Shown here piece after piece: positions 47,378-56,676 of a stretch of DNA of 64,000 bases. A program made the translations under genes and the position numbers. The notes under the pieces were generated by a model. That model was not told the origin of the DNA. It did not search any database and worked only from the letters and a program-made list of their open reading frames with translations. Source of the DNA: a virus. Each line of letters opens with the position of its first letter. The stretch's first letter is position 1. The DNA lies in the IMG/VR virus record IMGVR_UViG_3300032397_000005, positions 1 through 64,000 of that record, one strand, 5' to 3'.

Positions 47378-48183
47378 ATCACTCACTAGGCTGGCGGAGG
47401 GACCTCCCGGATCACCGGGACTACACTCAGACGCACCCAAGCGTTGGCCCAACGCTGGCGCTATCCAAGCCGCTCATGCAGGTCTACGTGTCCGGGAGGG
47501 CGGGTAAGAAGGACCTGCGGGCGTTCTGCTCCCCAATCGAGGATCAGGGGGAACTGGGGTCCTGCACGGCACACGCGGGCGTTGGACTCATGGAGTGGTT
47601 CCAGCGCCGGGCGTTTGGGAGGCACCTCGACATGAGTCGCCTGTTCCTCTACCTTGTTGCCCGGAGAATGGTTGGGATCCGGGGGGACGAGGGTTGCTAC
47701 CTCCGGACGGTGATGCAGGCCATGGTGATGTTTGGGGTCCCTCCGGAGCAATTCTGGCCCTACAAGACGGCGGACTTCGACCGGGAGCCGGACGCGTTTG
47801 TCTACTCCCTGGCGGATGACTTCAAGGCGTACAGCTACTACAGACTCACGCCAAACGCGGGGAAGTCTCAGTTGGAGGTCCTCCTCGACCACCTGGACGG
47901 CGGGCTCCCGTTCATGTTCGGGTTCACGGTGTTCTCCAACATCTCAAACAACGGTTGGATTCCGGAGCCTCAACCGGGAAACACCGTCCTCGGCGGTCAC
48001 GCCGTGGCGGCGTTTGGGTACGACGACAAGATGAAGGCGTTCCTCATTCGGAACTCGTGGGGGACGTCCTGGGGCCACGAGGGGTACGGGTGGCTACCCT
48101 ACTCCTACGTGGAGCGGGGCCTGGCGGATGACTTTTGGACGCTCATTAAGGCGAACTTTGTCAACACGGAGCTCTTCAAGTAG
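47374..48183 (+). CDS. Papain-like cysteine protease (C1 family)
   Basis: GW..D.PD.RD, DQGELGSCTAHA, SRLFLY, GGHAV...GYDD, IRNSWG..WG..GY. Confidence 0.92.
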   Translation: MNHSLGWRRDLPDHRDYTQTHPSVGPTLALSKPLMQVYVSGRAGKKDLRAFCSPIEDQGELGSCTAHAGVGLMEWFQRRAFGRHLDMSRLFLYLVARRMVGIRGDEGCYLRTVMQAMVMFGVPPEQFWPYKTADFDREPDAFVYSLADDFKAYSYYRLTPNAGKSQLEVLLDHLDGGLPFMFGFTVFSNISNNGWIPEPQPGNTVLGGHAVAAFGYDDKMKAFLIRNSWGTSWGHEGYGWLPYSYVERGLADDFWTLIKANFVNTELFK

Positions 48184-48192
48184 GAGGCGCGG

Positions 48193-48639
48193 ATGGATGA
48201 AGACGCGGATCTGAGATGCACCGGGAGCTTGTCTCCCGGATCTCAGGGGGGTCACCCGTCGAGGAGAGTGTGGTCACTCAGATCAGGAAAGGAACCGGAG
48301 GCGGTCAAGGAGGAGATTGAGGTGGAGGTGAGCCTGAAGATGACGGTTCGGAACGGCAAGGGCGGCCGGGCAATCTCGAGGTGGGTTGTGCTCAGTCACT
48401 TTGGGTTCAACGTGGATAGGCTCAGGGTGGCGGCGGATCCCGTTCTACTCCTGGGAGCGCAGCGGTCCCTACCGGCCACGCTGAAGGTGTTTGTCGATGG
48501 TCACGGGGGAACGATCTGCGAGCAGCTTCGGGACCTTCAGGTCCGCGTTGCGCGGGAGGGTATCGTCGAGGTGATGGTGGGTCCCGAGGAGGAGTTGAAC
48601 CTCACTTCACTGGAGAACGTAGATGACAAGGGAAGTTGA
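48193..48639 (+). CDS. Hypothetical protein
   Basis: AGGAGG RBS. Confidence 0.5.
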   Translation: MDEDADLRCTGSLSPGSQGGHPSRRVWSLRSGKEPEAVKEEIEVEVSLKMTVRNGKGGRAISRWVVLSHFGFNVDRLRVAADPVLLLGAQRSLPATLKVFVDGHGGTICEQLRDLQVRVAREGIVEVMVGPEEELNLTSLENVDDKGS

Positions 48640-48913
48640 GCCAGATGTTCACGTTGACGGGACCTCCTTGATGGTGAACGGAGTCAGGATCCACCTCCAC
48701 TTCCTGGACGCGTTCCGGGAGCTCCCGGAGGGGGGAACGGTGCCGCTGGTCAAGGTCTACTGCCAGGGCTGTCGGAAGTACAAAGTCGTCTCCCGGGTTG
48801 GCCTCCGTCACATGGGCGGCGGGGTGGTTGCCCTCCAGTCGAACTGCCACGAGTGTCGGGGCGTCATGAACGCCAGGAAGGCGGAGGAAGATGGGAGAAG
48901 GGCCACTCGCTGA
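48623..48913 (+). CDS. Hypothetical Zn-ribbon protein
   Basis: YCQGC...CHEC. Confidence 0.55.
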   Translation: MTREVEPDVHVDGTSLMVNGVRIHLHFLDAFRELPEGGTVPLVKVYCQGCRKYKVVSRVGLRHMGGGVVALQSNCHECRGVMNARKAEEDGRRATR

Positions 48914-49763
48914 GAGACCCCTGATTGCGGCGGTTAGGGACGCCTTGTCGGAGGCGGAGCGGCGCGGGCGGGAGGCGGGGCTCCGGGAGCGGCTCCGGAT
49001 CCCAAGGCTCCCCTGGGATCAGTTCTTCATGCTCCACGCTCACCTGACGGCCACTCGGTCCACGTGTGATCGCGGGCCGGAGCTCCTCCTGGATCCCGGG
49101 CGGCACGGCGTGGGGGCGGTGATTGTCCGGGAGAACCGGATGGTGGCCGGGGGCTACAATGGGTCACCTCCTGGGGAACCGCACTGCTCGGATCTGGTTT
49201 GCGCCAATTGCGCCGCGGACTACGTGAGGGACCCCATCGACCCGTCTAAGGACGACCGTGGCTTTGCCCGGGCGGAGATCAATGCGGGGAGGTGCCCGAT
49301 CTGCGGCGGGAAGATCCTGGGTGGTCACATAATGCGGGATGGTCATTGCGTCAGAACACTGCACGCGGAGGAGAACGCCTTGCTCCAGTGCGCCCTGGAC
49401 GGGACCACCCCGGAGGGGGCCGCGATCTACACGTCCGCCTCTGCGTGCTGGGACTGCTCCAAGCGGATCCTGAGGGCCAAGGTGGCGCGCGTGGTCTTTG
49501 CGGACGTGTATGACTCGCGCTACGGGCTCTCACTTGACGCCGTGGAGTTGCTCCGGCGGAATGAGGTGCAGATTGAGTACCTGGACGTTCGAGATGCGCT
49601 TAGTTGGGCCAGAGCTTCCTCTTTCAAGGTAGTAGGGGCCCGGGGTCGCGTCCGGTCCCACCCAGAGCGACTTGAGCGAGGAGAGGACGGGGGTGAGCCA
49701 AAGCAGGAGACCAGGAAGGGTCATCCGGTGGTGAATAACTCACCCGGGGATTGGGATCCCTGA
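48891..49763 (+). CDS. dCMP deaminase with an inserted Zn ribbon
   Basis: WDQFFM..A...ATRSTC, VGAVIV, GYNGSP.G..HC, HAEENAL, CWDC. Confidence 0.88.
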   Translation: MGEGPLAERPLIAAVRDALSEAERRGREAGLRERLRIPRLPWDQFFMLHAHLTATRSTCDRGPELLLDPGRHGVGAVIVRENRMVAGGYNGSPPGEPHCSDLVCANCAADYVRDPIDPSKDDRGFARAEINAGRCPICGGKILGGHIMRDGHCVRTLHAEENALLQCALDGTTPEGAAIYTSASACWDCSKRILRAKVARVVFADVYDSRYGLSLDAVELLRRNEVQIEYLDVRDALSWARASSFKVVGARGRVRSHPERLERGEDGGEPKQETRKGHPVVNNSPGDWDP

Positions 49764-49955
49764 TGCCTCCCTGCGTCATCTGCCTGAAGCGACCGCGTAT
49801 TGGGAGCCTGTTGTGCGACGTCTGCGGGCGGAGCTACGACCGGGACCTGCGGATTGGGGACGGGACGATCGCCGGGGCGATCCGGTGGGCGGCGCGCCGG
49901 GCGCGGTTCTTCGAGCGGCGCAGAGCGAGCTTCATTCTGAGAGAAGGAGGGAAGC

Positions 49956-50450
49956 GTGACCAAGTTTGAGATGGAACTGAGGGACCTCATTAACAAGCAC
50001 AGCCTGGAGAACGCAAGTGACACCCCGGACTTCATCCTGACCCAGTACATCACCGGGTGTCTGGTCAACTTCTCCAACCGGGCGCGGGAGCGGGAGGGTT
50101 GGTTTGGGAGGATCCGCTCGCGGGAGGACGGGGAGGAGCTTGCGTTCAAGGTTGGGGAGCCCCTGAATAACCCCCACCGCGTGGCGGAGGCGGAGGAGTG
50201 CGAGCTGCTCTCCGCGCTGGTTCAGATCTTCCCGGACGCTAGTCACCGGGCGGAGGCGGAGCGGCGTCTGGCGGACGCATGTCAACCGTTCCTGGTCTGC
50301 ATCAACGGGACCGGGACGCGGGCGCGGATCTCCGCGGCGGCGCAGGTTGTCCTGGATGAGATGCGGGCGGAGGGGAAGACGGACGTTCAGGCGGTGGTTT
50401 CGGCGGAGGGGCGGGCGTCACGCGTGAACCTGACGTTCCGGAAGGTCTGA
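49956..50450 (+). CDS. Hypothetical protein
   Basis: FE.EL..LINKHSLEN.SDTPDFIL..Y motif; GGAGG RBS. Confidence 0.6.
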   Translation: MTKFEMELRDLINKHSLENASDTPDFILTQYITGCLVNFSNRAREREGWFGRIRSREDGEELAFKVGEPLNNPHRVAEAEECELLSALVQIFPDASHRAEAERRLADACQPFLVCINGTGTRARISAAAQVVLDEMRAEGKTDVQAVVSAEGRASRVNLTFRKV

Positions 50451-51013
50451 TGGGTCCGGTCCTGACCAAGCGGGAGAACCTCCGGAGGATCGAGTTGGGA
50501 CTCTACGGCAACCGCCTGCGGACGTGGCGGACGCTCGGGGATCTCCGCGCAAGTGGTTGGGCCGGGTTGGTGACGATCCGGACCCTCATGGGGGGCGGCG
50601 GACCCTGCGTCTACGACGTACCGGCGCTCAGCGTGGGGTTCGTGGTTGAAGCTCTCGGTCTCCCGGAACGGGACGTGTACTTCAACCAGGGCGCGGTGGA
50701 CTCCAGCGTGATCATTCAGGGGGAGTACCTGAACGACGTGGTCCGCGTGGACGGGCGGACGTTTGACGGGGTCCTCCTGTTCTCCACCGTCAAGCTGAAG
50801 ATGCGGGACGCCCTCCGGGCGGAGTCTCGGACCGTCTACGGCCTGGCGGGTCAGACGGCGCTCCGGGCGGAGATGACGCCCTCCAGCTGGGCGGACTTCG
50901 AGGCGCTCCTGGAGCTCTACCCGAGTCACGTCCTGGAGGTCTCCGTCTACGCTGGGACGGTTGGGGACGTTCCGGGAAGAAACGCGGTGGTGTGGGAGGT
51001 TCGTAGGTATTGA
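50450..51013 (+). CDS. Hypothetical protein
   Basis: TGATG coupling. Confidence 0.6.
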   Translation: MGPVLTKRENLRRIELGLYGNRLRTWRTLGDLRASGWAGLVTIRTLMGGGGPCVYDVPALSVGFVVEALGLPERDVYFNQGAVDSSVIIQGEYLNDVVRVDGRTFDGVLLFSTVKLKMRDALRAESRTVYGLAGQTALRAEMTPSSWADFEALLELYPSHVLEVSVYAGTVGDVPGRNAVVWEVRRY

Positions 51014-51142
51014 TTGGAGGTGCTTGGTGATTGCGTACATCCTGGCGACGGTGGGAAGTTCCTGGTTCCGGACCTTTCTACTGGTCTTGACCATCGTCGG
51101 CGTGCTCCTGTACGCCCTGGTTCACCTAGAAGGGAGGGATGA

Positions 51143-51970
51143 ATGAGTAAATTTAGCATTTTGGAGGTTGTGGAACCGCACGCGTACCTTGTGGGGGAGG
51201 CGGGAAGCAGCCCGGAGACTTGGGCGGAGCGGGCACTTCTGCTCATCGAGGAGTGCGGGCGGGTCTCCCACAAGAGCGAGGGGCGGATCAAACCCGGGAG
51301 CGCGGTCCCGTTCGTGCGGAAGGTGGCCATCGAGTGGGGGCACGAGTCGATTCTGGAGCACGCCAGCCTGACGGTCTGCTTCGTGGGCTCCCGGTCGATG
51401 AGTCACCAGCTGGTTAGACATCGAATCGCCGCCTACACTCAGGAGTCCCAGCGATTCTGCGACTACGCGACGCCGGCACTTGGTCTGGACGAACAACCGG
51501 AGTGCGAGCGGGTGAGTCGACTGAAGGTGGTCGTCCCCCCGTCCGTCTCCGCGGACCTCCCGGCGGGGAGCCTGGTGTACCAAGATAACGTGCGGATAAC
51601 CGACGCTAATTGCGTCCTGGAACGCCTCAGCGTGAGGCGAAGTGAGGAGCTGCCTCCGGAGGGAGTAGACCTCAGATCCCCAGTCGGGGTCTTCCTCGCG
51701 TCCGTCATGAGCTCATACGCCACCTATCAGAAACTTCGGGAGCTCAACATACCGGCGGAGGACGCGCGGGAGGTCCTGCCAAACGCCACGAAGACGGAGG
51801 TGTACACCACCTTCAACCTCCGGGAGTGGCGCCACTTCTTCAAGATGAGACTGGACAAGCACGCTCAGTGGCAGATCAGGAAGGTTGCCCGGGAGGTCTT
51901 CAACTTCCTCCTGGCGGTCTGCCCTGTGGTGCTGGAGGGGTTGAGGACGCACTCCGGGGAGGTGATATGA
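51143..51970 (+). CDS. thyX: Flavin-dependent thymidylate synthase (canonical)
   Basis: GHESILEH, SHQLVRHRIAAYTQESQRF (RHRx7S), EDAREVLPNA, NLREWRHFF..R...HAQWQIR. Confidence 0.93.
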   Translation: MSKFSILEVVEPHAYLVGEAGSSPETWAERALLLIEECGRVSHKSEGRIKPGSAVPFVRKVAIEWGHESILEHASLTVCFVGSRSMSHQLVRHRIAAYTQESQRFCDYATPALGLDEQPECERVSRLKVVVPPSVSADLPAGSLVYQDNVRITDANCVLERLSVRRSEELPPEGVDLRSPVGVFLASVMSSYATYQKLRELNIPAEDAREVLPNATKTEVYTTFNLREWRHFFKMRLDKHAQWQIRKVAREVFNFLLAVCPVVLEGLRTHSGEVI

Positions 51971-52191
51971 GGTTTGTCAAGTTCACCGCGGATAACGGCG
52001 ACCCAATCTATATCAACCCGGAGTCCGTGCAGCGGGTGAGTAGGCGGGACGTTCAAGGCGGGGGGAGCCTGGTGGTGATGACCTACGGATCCGCGTCCGC
52101 GCGTGTCACCGAGGAGCCGGAGGAGGCGGCGCGGCTCCTGGAGGAGTGCCCGCCCTGGCGGCACGTCGAGCCGACCAAGTTGCACCTATGA
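51967..52191 (+). CDS. Small hypothetical protein
   Basis: GGAGGTG RBS; F.KFT...G..IYINP..V...V.E.PEE. Confidence 0.6.
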   Translation: MRFVKFTADNGDPIYINPESVQRVSRRDVQGGGSLVVMTYGSASARVTEEPEEAARLLEECPPWRHVEPTKLHL

Positions 52192-52580
52192 GGGTGCGGA
52201 CTTCCGCTGGATGACGGGATGAGGTACGGTGAAGGCGGGTGCTACTGAGGCAAGTGAGGAGCTGAGAACAGTGGATCATCGAAGAAGTGGCACCCACCTC
52301 GCTCCGAACGGAGGCGGCGTTTCCCTGGACGGGCGCTTCCTGAGCATCTGGTCCGACAAGACGGGCCCGGGCGCAATGTACTTCCGCGTGGGCGGTCGGT
52401 GGGTCCTCCTGCCGGACTGGGTGGCCAACCTGGTCCGGGAGCTGCGCTCGTGACGTCACGTACGTCCCTAGACGTCCCAGCGCCACCAGGGGGGCTCCGG
52501 GGCGCCAACCGGTGTCTAGGGTCGGGGGCGGCAACGGAGGGGCCTCGAGGGCCGGCCAACGCGTCCACGCGTGATGTGAG

Positions 52581-52853
52581 GTGAGGATGCCTTCCTACGT
52601 GATCTGCGTCGAGGCGGTGATCTCCCTGTCAACGGAGGTGGAGGCAACTTCCCTCGAAGACGCCGTCTCCGCGGCGCAGCGGCGTGGAGTCCGGGATCTG
52701 TGCCATCAGTGCGCCGGCGGAGACCCCGCCTCTGAGTGGGTGACCAGCGGTGAGCTCGACTGCGATCCCGCGATCTCCACCCTCTCGAGCGTCACCGTCG
52801 ACGGGGAGGACGTTGACCTGGGAGCGGTCCGCGCGTGCTGGGAAGGTGGGTGA
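52581..52853 (+). CDS. Hypothetical protein
   Basis: GAGGTGAGG upstream of ATG 52587. Confidence 0.55.
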   Translation: MRMPSYVICVEAVISLSTEVEATSLEDAVSAAQRRGVRDLCHQCAGGDPASEWVTSGELDCDPAISTLSSVTVDGEDVDLGAVRACWEGG

Positions 52854-52856
52854 CGG

Positions 52857-53717
52857 GTGACGTTCCTCATCGACGGCTCCGGCTTCGCCAAGGCGGCCTT
52901 CGTGCCCGGTCAGCAGAGTGCCCTCGCCCACCGCTTCCTCTCCCGGGTCTTCCAGCTGAACCTGCGCGGGCGCGGCCGGCCAATCGTCGTGGCCTGGGAC
53001 GCGCCGGACCACGTCTCCGGGCGCCGGGCCCGCTTCCCGGCCTACAAGGCAAACCGCGGTCTCCGCCCAGATCCGTTCGGGGGCGAGTACGCGGAGCAGG
53101 TTGCGGAGCTCCGGTCCCTCCTCCCGTCCCTGGGCGTCCACCAGGCGCTCAGTCCAGGTTGGGAGGCGGACGACGTCCTGGCCACCCTGGCTCGATCCGC
53201 GCCGGGGGAGGTGCTCGTCCTGACGCGGGACCGGGACATGATCCAGCTCGTTGATGAGCGGGTCTCCGTCCTGCTCAAGGTGGGCTCGAGGGAGCACCTC
53301 CTCGGGGAGCGGGGCGCGGAGAAGTTCCTCGGCTTCTCACCGCACGTCCACCGAGATTGGAAGGCGCTGGCGGGCGACTCCGGCGACGGCGTGCCCGGGA
53401 TGCCGGGGATCGGGGAGAAGACGGCCACGGCGCTCCTCGAGTTCCGCCCCACGCTCGTTCCGGACCTCCTCGGGGGCTCCGTCTACTACGGGCCGAACGG
53501 GCTCCAGGAACTCGAGCCGCGGGTCCGGACCGCCTTCCTGGGACTGCTCAAGCCGGAGGCGCGGGACCGACTCGAGCTGATGCGCTGGCTGGTCTCGCTT
53601 CACGAGGTCCCAATCCAAGTCCTGCGCGGGCGCCTGGACCTGGTGGAGGCGCGGACCTTCTTCTCCGCCTCGGGACTCCGGCTCCTTGGGTCTCGACTCC
53701 CGGAGTGGTCAAAATGA
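52857..53717 (+). CDS. 5'-3' exonuclease / flap endonuclease (PolA N-terminal-like)
   Basis: LIDGS, AWD, YKANR, EADDV.ATL, DRD..QL, L.GDSGDG.PG.PGIGEKTA. Confidence 0.92.
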   Translation: MTFLIDGSGFAKAAFVPGQQSALAHRFLSRVFQLNLRGRGRPIVVAWDAPDHVSGRRARFPAYKANRGLRPDPFGGEYAEQVAELRSLLPSLGVHQALSPGWEADDVLATLARSAPGEVLVLTRDRDMIQLVDERVSVLLKVGSREHLLGERGAEKFLGFSPHVHRDWKALAGDSGDGVPGMPGIGEKTATALLEFRPTLVPDLLGGSVYYGPNGLQELEPRVRTAFLGLLKPEARDRLELMRWLVSLHEVPIQVLRGRLDLVEARTFFSASGLRLLGSRLPEWSK

Positions 53718-54040
53718 GCAACGTCTGGTTCGTCTACCTGGTCCGCGCGGCGGACGGTTCCCTCCACTGCGGGATCTCCACGGACGTCGAGCGGCGGGTC
53801 CGGGAGCACAACGAGGGCTGGCGCGGCGCCAAGTGCCTCCGGGGGAAGCGGCCGGTTTCCCTGGCCTGGCGGAGCGCGGGGATGACCAAGTCGGCCGCCC
53901 TCCGACTCGAGGCGCGCCTCGAGCCACTTCACCCGCACTGGAGCGAGCGCCTGGCCGCGGAGTGGGCGGAGGTCAACGACCGATGGGGAGGAGTGGAGGA
54001 GTGGAGGAGTGGAGGAGTGGAGGAGGTTCGCCGCCGTTGA
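53714..54040 (+). CDS. GIY-YIG nuclease (UPF0213-like)
   Basis: WFVYLVR.ADGSL..GISTDV.RR..EHN.G..GAK..RG..PV.L. Confidence 0.8.
   Translation: MSNVWFVYLVRAADGSLHCGISTDVERRVREHNEGWRGAKCLRGKRPVSLAWRSAGMTKSAALRLEARLEPLHPHWSERLAAEWAEVNDRWGGVEEWRSGGVEEVRRR
53987..54025 (+). repeat. 8-bp tandem repeat, about 5 copies (GGAGGAGT)
   Basis: Seen directly. Confidence 0.9.
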
Positions 54041-54385
54041 TACCTTGGTGAGTGAGCTGCCCGTCTTGGCCGTCCTGGCGAAGAGGGGTCCAACGTGACG
54101 GCTAATGACCTGGTACTCTTCAGGAAGGTTCGTGATCCTCATTGGGGCACCACTGGTTCGAGCTGGCGCTATCCAAGCCGTCCTGGCGAATGATCCGTAC
54201 TGTGGCTCCTTTACTCAGGAATTTCACATTGAGATGCAGCGAGTCGGTCCCCCGCTCGAGGTTCGTACACTTCCCCTGGGTAGTGTACATGAAAAGGCGA
54301 GGGGATCCCGAGGGCGGGCGGGGCGGCGGGCGCGGGAGGGGTCCCTCCCGCGTAAGCGGGCGCCCTCCTGGGAGGGGCTGAATGT

Positions 54386-54403
54386 CTGCCTACATGTAGG
54401 CAG
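54386..54403. promoter_or_regulatory. 18-bp perfect palindrome CTGCCTACATGTAGGCAG (putative operator)
   Basis: Related copies at 61912-61929 and 63247-63264. Confidence 0.55.
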
Positions 54404-54472
54404 GAGGGGGGTGGGGGGCGGTCCGGGGTCGGGGGGCGGGTCGCTCCGGGCGGGGCTGACTCGCGCCCCGGG

Positions 54473-54589
54473 CGGGACCCAAGTTGGGACCAACTTGTTA
54501 TCGTTCAGAAACGGGACCCAAGTTGGGACCAACTTGTTATCGTTCAGAAACGGGACCCAAGTTGGGACCAACTTGTTATCGTTCAGAAA
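54473..54589. repeat. 39-bp perfect tandem repeat, 3 copies, each with an internal inverted repeat
   Basis: Unit CGGGACCCAAGTTGGGACCAACTTGTTATCGTTCAGAAA; contains CAAGTTGG-GA-CCAACTTG. Confidence 0.95.
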
Positions 54590-54626
54590 CGGGGTTCAGA
54601 AATGGAGTCCCGGTTTAGGTCCAACG

Positions 54627-54845
54627 CTAGGCCAGTCTCTTGACGCGGGCGACGTGACCGGACGCGTTCCGGACGCTCCGGGAGTACGCCCTTGGGGACC
54701 ACCCCTCGGCGTCCACCTCCCGGACGACCCACATCGAGCCGACGCGGGTCCCGGGCAGCCTCCCGTCTCGGATTGCGTACAGGACGCAGACGCGGGTGAC
54801 GCCCCGCAGCGCGGCAACCTCGGACACCGACAGGAGCTTGTCCAA
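54627..54845 (-). CDS. Excisionase/MerR-like HTH protein (paralogue of 17416-17640)
   Basis: LSVSEVAALRGVTRVCVLYAIRDGRLPG.RVG..W.V; TTG start; has its own promoter. Confidence 0.75.
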   Translation of the reverse strand: MDKLLSVSEVAALRGVTRVCVLYAIRDGRLPGTRVGSMWVVREVDAEGWSPRAYSRSVRNASGHVARVKRLA

Positions 54846-54872
54846 CTCGAACCTCGCTCTCTCTCTCCCTAT

Positions 54873-54901
54873 ATCTTAGCGAACGAAAGGTCTCCCGTCC
54901 A
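54873..54901 (-). promoter_or_regulatory. Sigma70-like promoter TGGACG-N17-TAAGAT for the HTH gene
   Basis: Same -10 hexamer as the repeated promoter. Confidence 0.55.
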
Positions 54902-55056
54902 TCACTTTTCACTCCCAATCGGTAACGAACTGGCAACGCTCCCGGGCTTCGAGTCGGCGGAGGTCCGCCTCGGGTCTGAGGTGGTCGACGTTGGCGCGGA
55001 CGGATCGGTCCGCGTTCGCCCGGAGTGAGGCGTCCGTGGACTGGATCCTGCGGACG

Positions 55057-55755
55057 ATGGAGGACCTGGTGGTCACGCTCCCCTCCGGTGAGAGGGTGGA
55101 GGCGGCCTTCCGGAGGCCGTCGACGTCCGGACCCACCTCGCTGGCCGCCTCCGTCCGGTCCTGGCGCGGGGCCACGGTCTCCCTGGGGGACGGTTTCATG
55201 ACGCTCACCCTGGGTCGCGCGATCCTCCGCGTGAGGACGCGTCCGGTCTCGATCCAACGTCCCCAAGTGCCGGCGTACTTCCGGACGGGTTCCATCCACG
55301 TTGTCCTCGGGGATCCCGGGTGGATCCTCCTGCGCGTTGAGGGGCGTACGGTGGCGATCCTGCGGGCGGATCTGGCGCCGTGGGCGCCGGTTGTGCGCTT
55401 GGTGGTCCCGGATCCCGGGGTTGAGGCGCTGCTGAATGCGTCCGCCGGTCCGGCGCGTTTCCTCCCGGCGATTAGAACTGGTACCGGGGTGCTACTGTCC
55501 GGCGTTCGCTGGGTGAACGCGGGCGGGGCGGTGGTCCCGGTGGACTTCCTGCGGGCGCTCCCGGTTGGGACGGTCGTCTCGGTGGCTGAAAACGTCCTGC
55601 GGGCACCCGGGTTTGGGGCGGTAACCGGAACGACGGACTTCCTGGCGTGCGTGGAGGAGGAGACCGGGGTGCTCCCGCCCTCCCGGACGTCCTACTGGAC
55701 TGATCTTCTCCTCTTCTTATTTCCCTGGACATATTCTTTCTACGTGGTAAGATGA
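55057..55755 (+). CDS. Hypothetical protein (stops inside promoter copy 3)
   Basis: Long ORF; start uncertain. Confidence 0.45.
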   Translation: MEDLVVTLPSGERVEAAFRRPSTSGPTSLAASVRSWRGATVSLGDGFMTLTLGRAILRVRTRPVSIQRPQVPAYFRTGSIHVVLGDPGWILLRVEGRTVAILRADLAPWAPVVRLVVPDPGVEALLNASAGPARFLPAIRTGTGVLLSGVRWVNAGGAVVPVDFLRALPVGTVVSVAENVLRAPGFGAVTGTTDFLACVEEETGVLPPSRTSYWTDLLLFLFPWTYSFYVVR

Positions 55756-55762
55756 AAGTATG
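55715..55762 (+). promoter_or_regulatory. Repeated phage promoter, copy 3
   Basis: TGGACA 55726, TAAGAT 55748, ATG 55760. Confidence 0.85.
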
Positions 55763-56404
55763 ACAAACAACGCGGTGATTGAGACCACCTTCCAGCTCCT
55801 GAGCGTTCGCGACGTCCGCCCGGTGGACTGGTTCTCCGGTGAGCGGGTTGCAATCCCGGATGGTGAACTCCCGGAGTGCGCGCGCTGTGGGCGGCGCCAC
55901 GCCGTGGTCTGGACCCTCCGGGAGCTCCCATCCGGCGGGACGGTGACGGTTGGCTCCGGTTGCGGGCCCAAGCTCCTGGCGGAGGGGCTCCTCCCGGGTG
56001 TGGACCTCCACGCGGTTGCGGCGGCCAAGAAGGTCGCGGCGGCGGAGGTCAGGGCGATCCGGCGCGTGGGCGCGGAGGTGCGGGCGCGGGAGCTGGCGGA
56101 GCTGGCCCGGGCGGCGGATCTGGCGGCGGGTGACCCACCGGCGCCGGTCTGGACCGCGGACGTGTACGGGCGGGCGGAGTTCGTGACCGTGACCGTCGGC
56201 GCCGTGGTCCGCTGCGCCGTCGCCCGCCAGCTGGACCGCGTGGCGCTCGAGCGGATGGCCGCCTCCCAGTGGCGGGACGAGGTCCGGATGGCCGCGGTCG
56301 TCGCCGCCGGCTGCCCGCGCGGCGCGCAGCACGCGGTGGTCCGCCTGGCGAACGCGGAGACCGAGGGGACCCTCCGGGACGCCGCGGCCGCCCTCCTCGG
56401 GTAG
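55760..56404 (+). CDS. Hypothetical Zn-binding protein, probably leaderless
   Basis: CARCGRRH...VGSGC. Confidence 0.7.
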   Translation: MTNNAVIETTFQLLSVRDVRPVDWFSGERVAIPDGELPECARCGRRHAVVWTLRELPSGGTVTVGSGCGPKLLAEGLLPGVDLHAVAAAKKVAAAEVRAIRRVGAEVRARELAELARAADLAAGDPPAPVWTADVYGRAEFVTVTVGAVVRCAVARQLDRVALERMAASQWRDEVRMAAVVAAGCPRGAQHAVVRLANAETEGTLRDAAAALLG

Positions 56405-56408
56405 TGAG

Positions 56409-56499
56409 AAAAAAAACGCACGCGGCTCGTCTTTTCCCTGTACATATTCTTTCTGCATGGTAAGATGAGAGTATGAGCAAGACGACGGAGAGCAAGATG
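56409..56499 (+). promoter_or_regulatory. Repeated promoter/leader, copy 4
   Basis: TGTACA 56439, TAAGAT 56461, ATGAGCAAGACGACGGAGAGCAAGATG 56473-56499. Confidence 0.88.
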
Positions 56500-56676
56500 G
56501 CAAAGCGGAACGGACGCGAGGTGATGGAGCGGCTGGACGCGGAGCGGACGGACCGGATGCTCCGGGAGCTGGCCTCGGACCTGGCGGACCTCGTCGCCTC
56601 CGGTGACCTGACGGAGGCGGAGGCGAACGAGTGGATGACCCGGAAGCAGGACCAGTGGAACGGGGGTGACCGGTGA
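56473..56676 (+). CDS. Hypothetical protein (MSKTTESKM leader)
   Basis: Second start at 56497. Confidence 0.7.
   Translation: MSKTTESKMAKRNGREVMERLDAERTDRMLRELASDLADLVASGDLTEAEANEWMTRKQDQWNGGDR

Noticed and set aside
54473-54589. 39-bp palindromic repeats as a CRISPR array
   Set aside because: The copies are directly adjacent with no spacers, and no cas genes are present.
54105-55028. 307-aa ORF across the repeat region
   Set aside because: It is low-complexity, translates the 39-bp repeat and overlaps the better-supported minus-strand HTH gene and its promoter.
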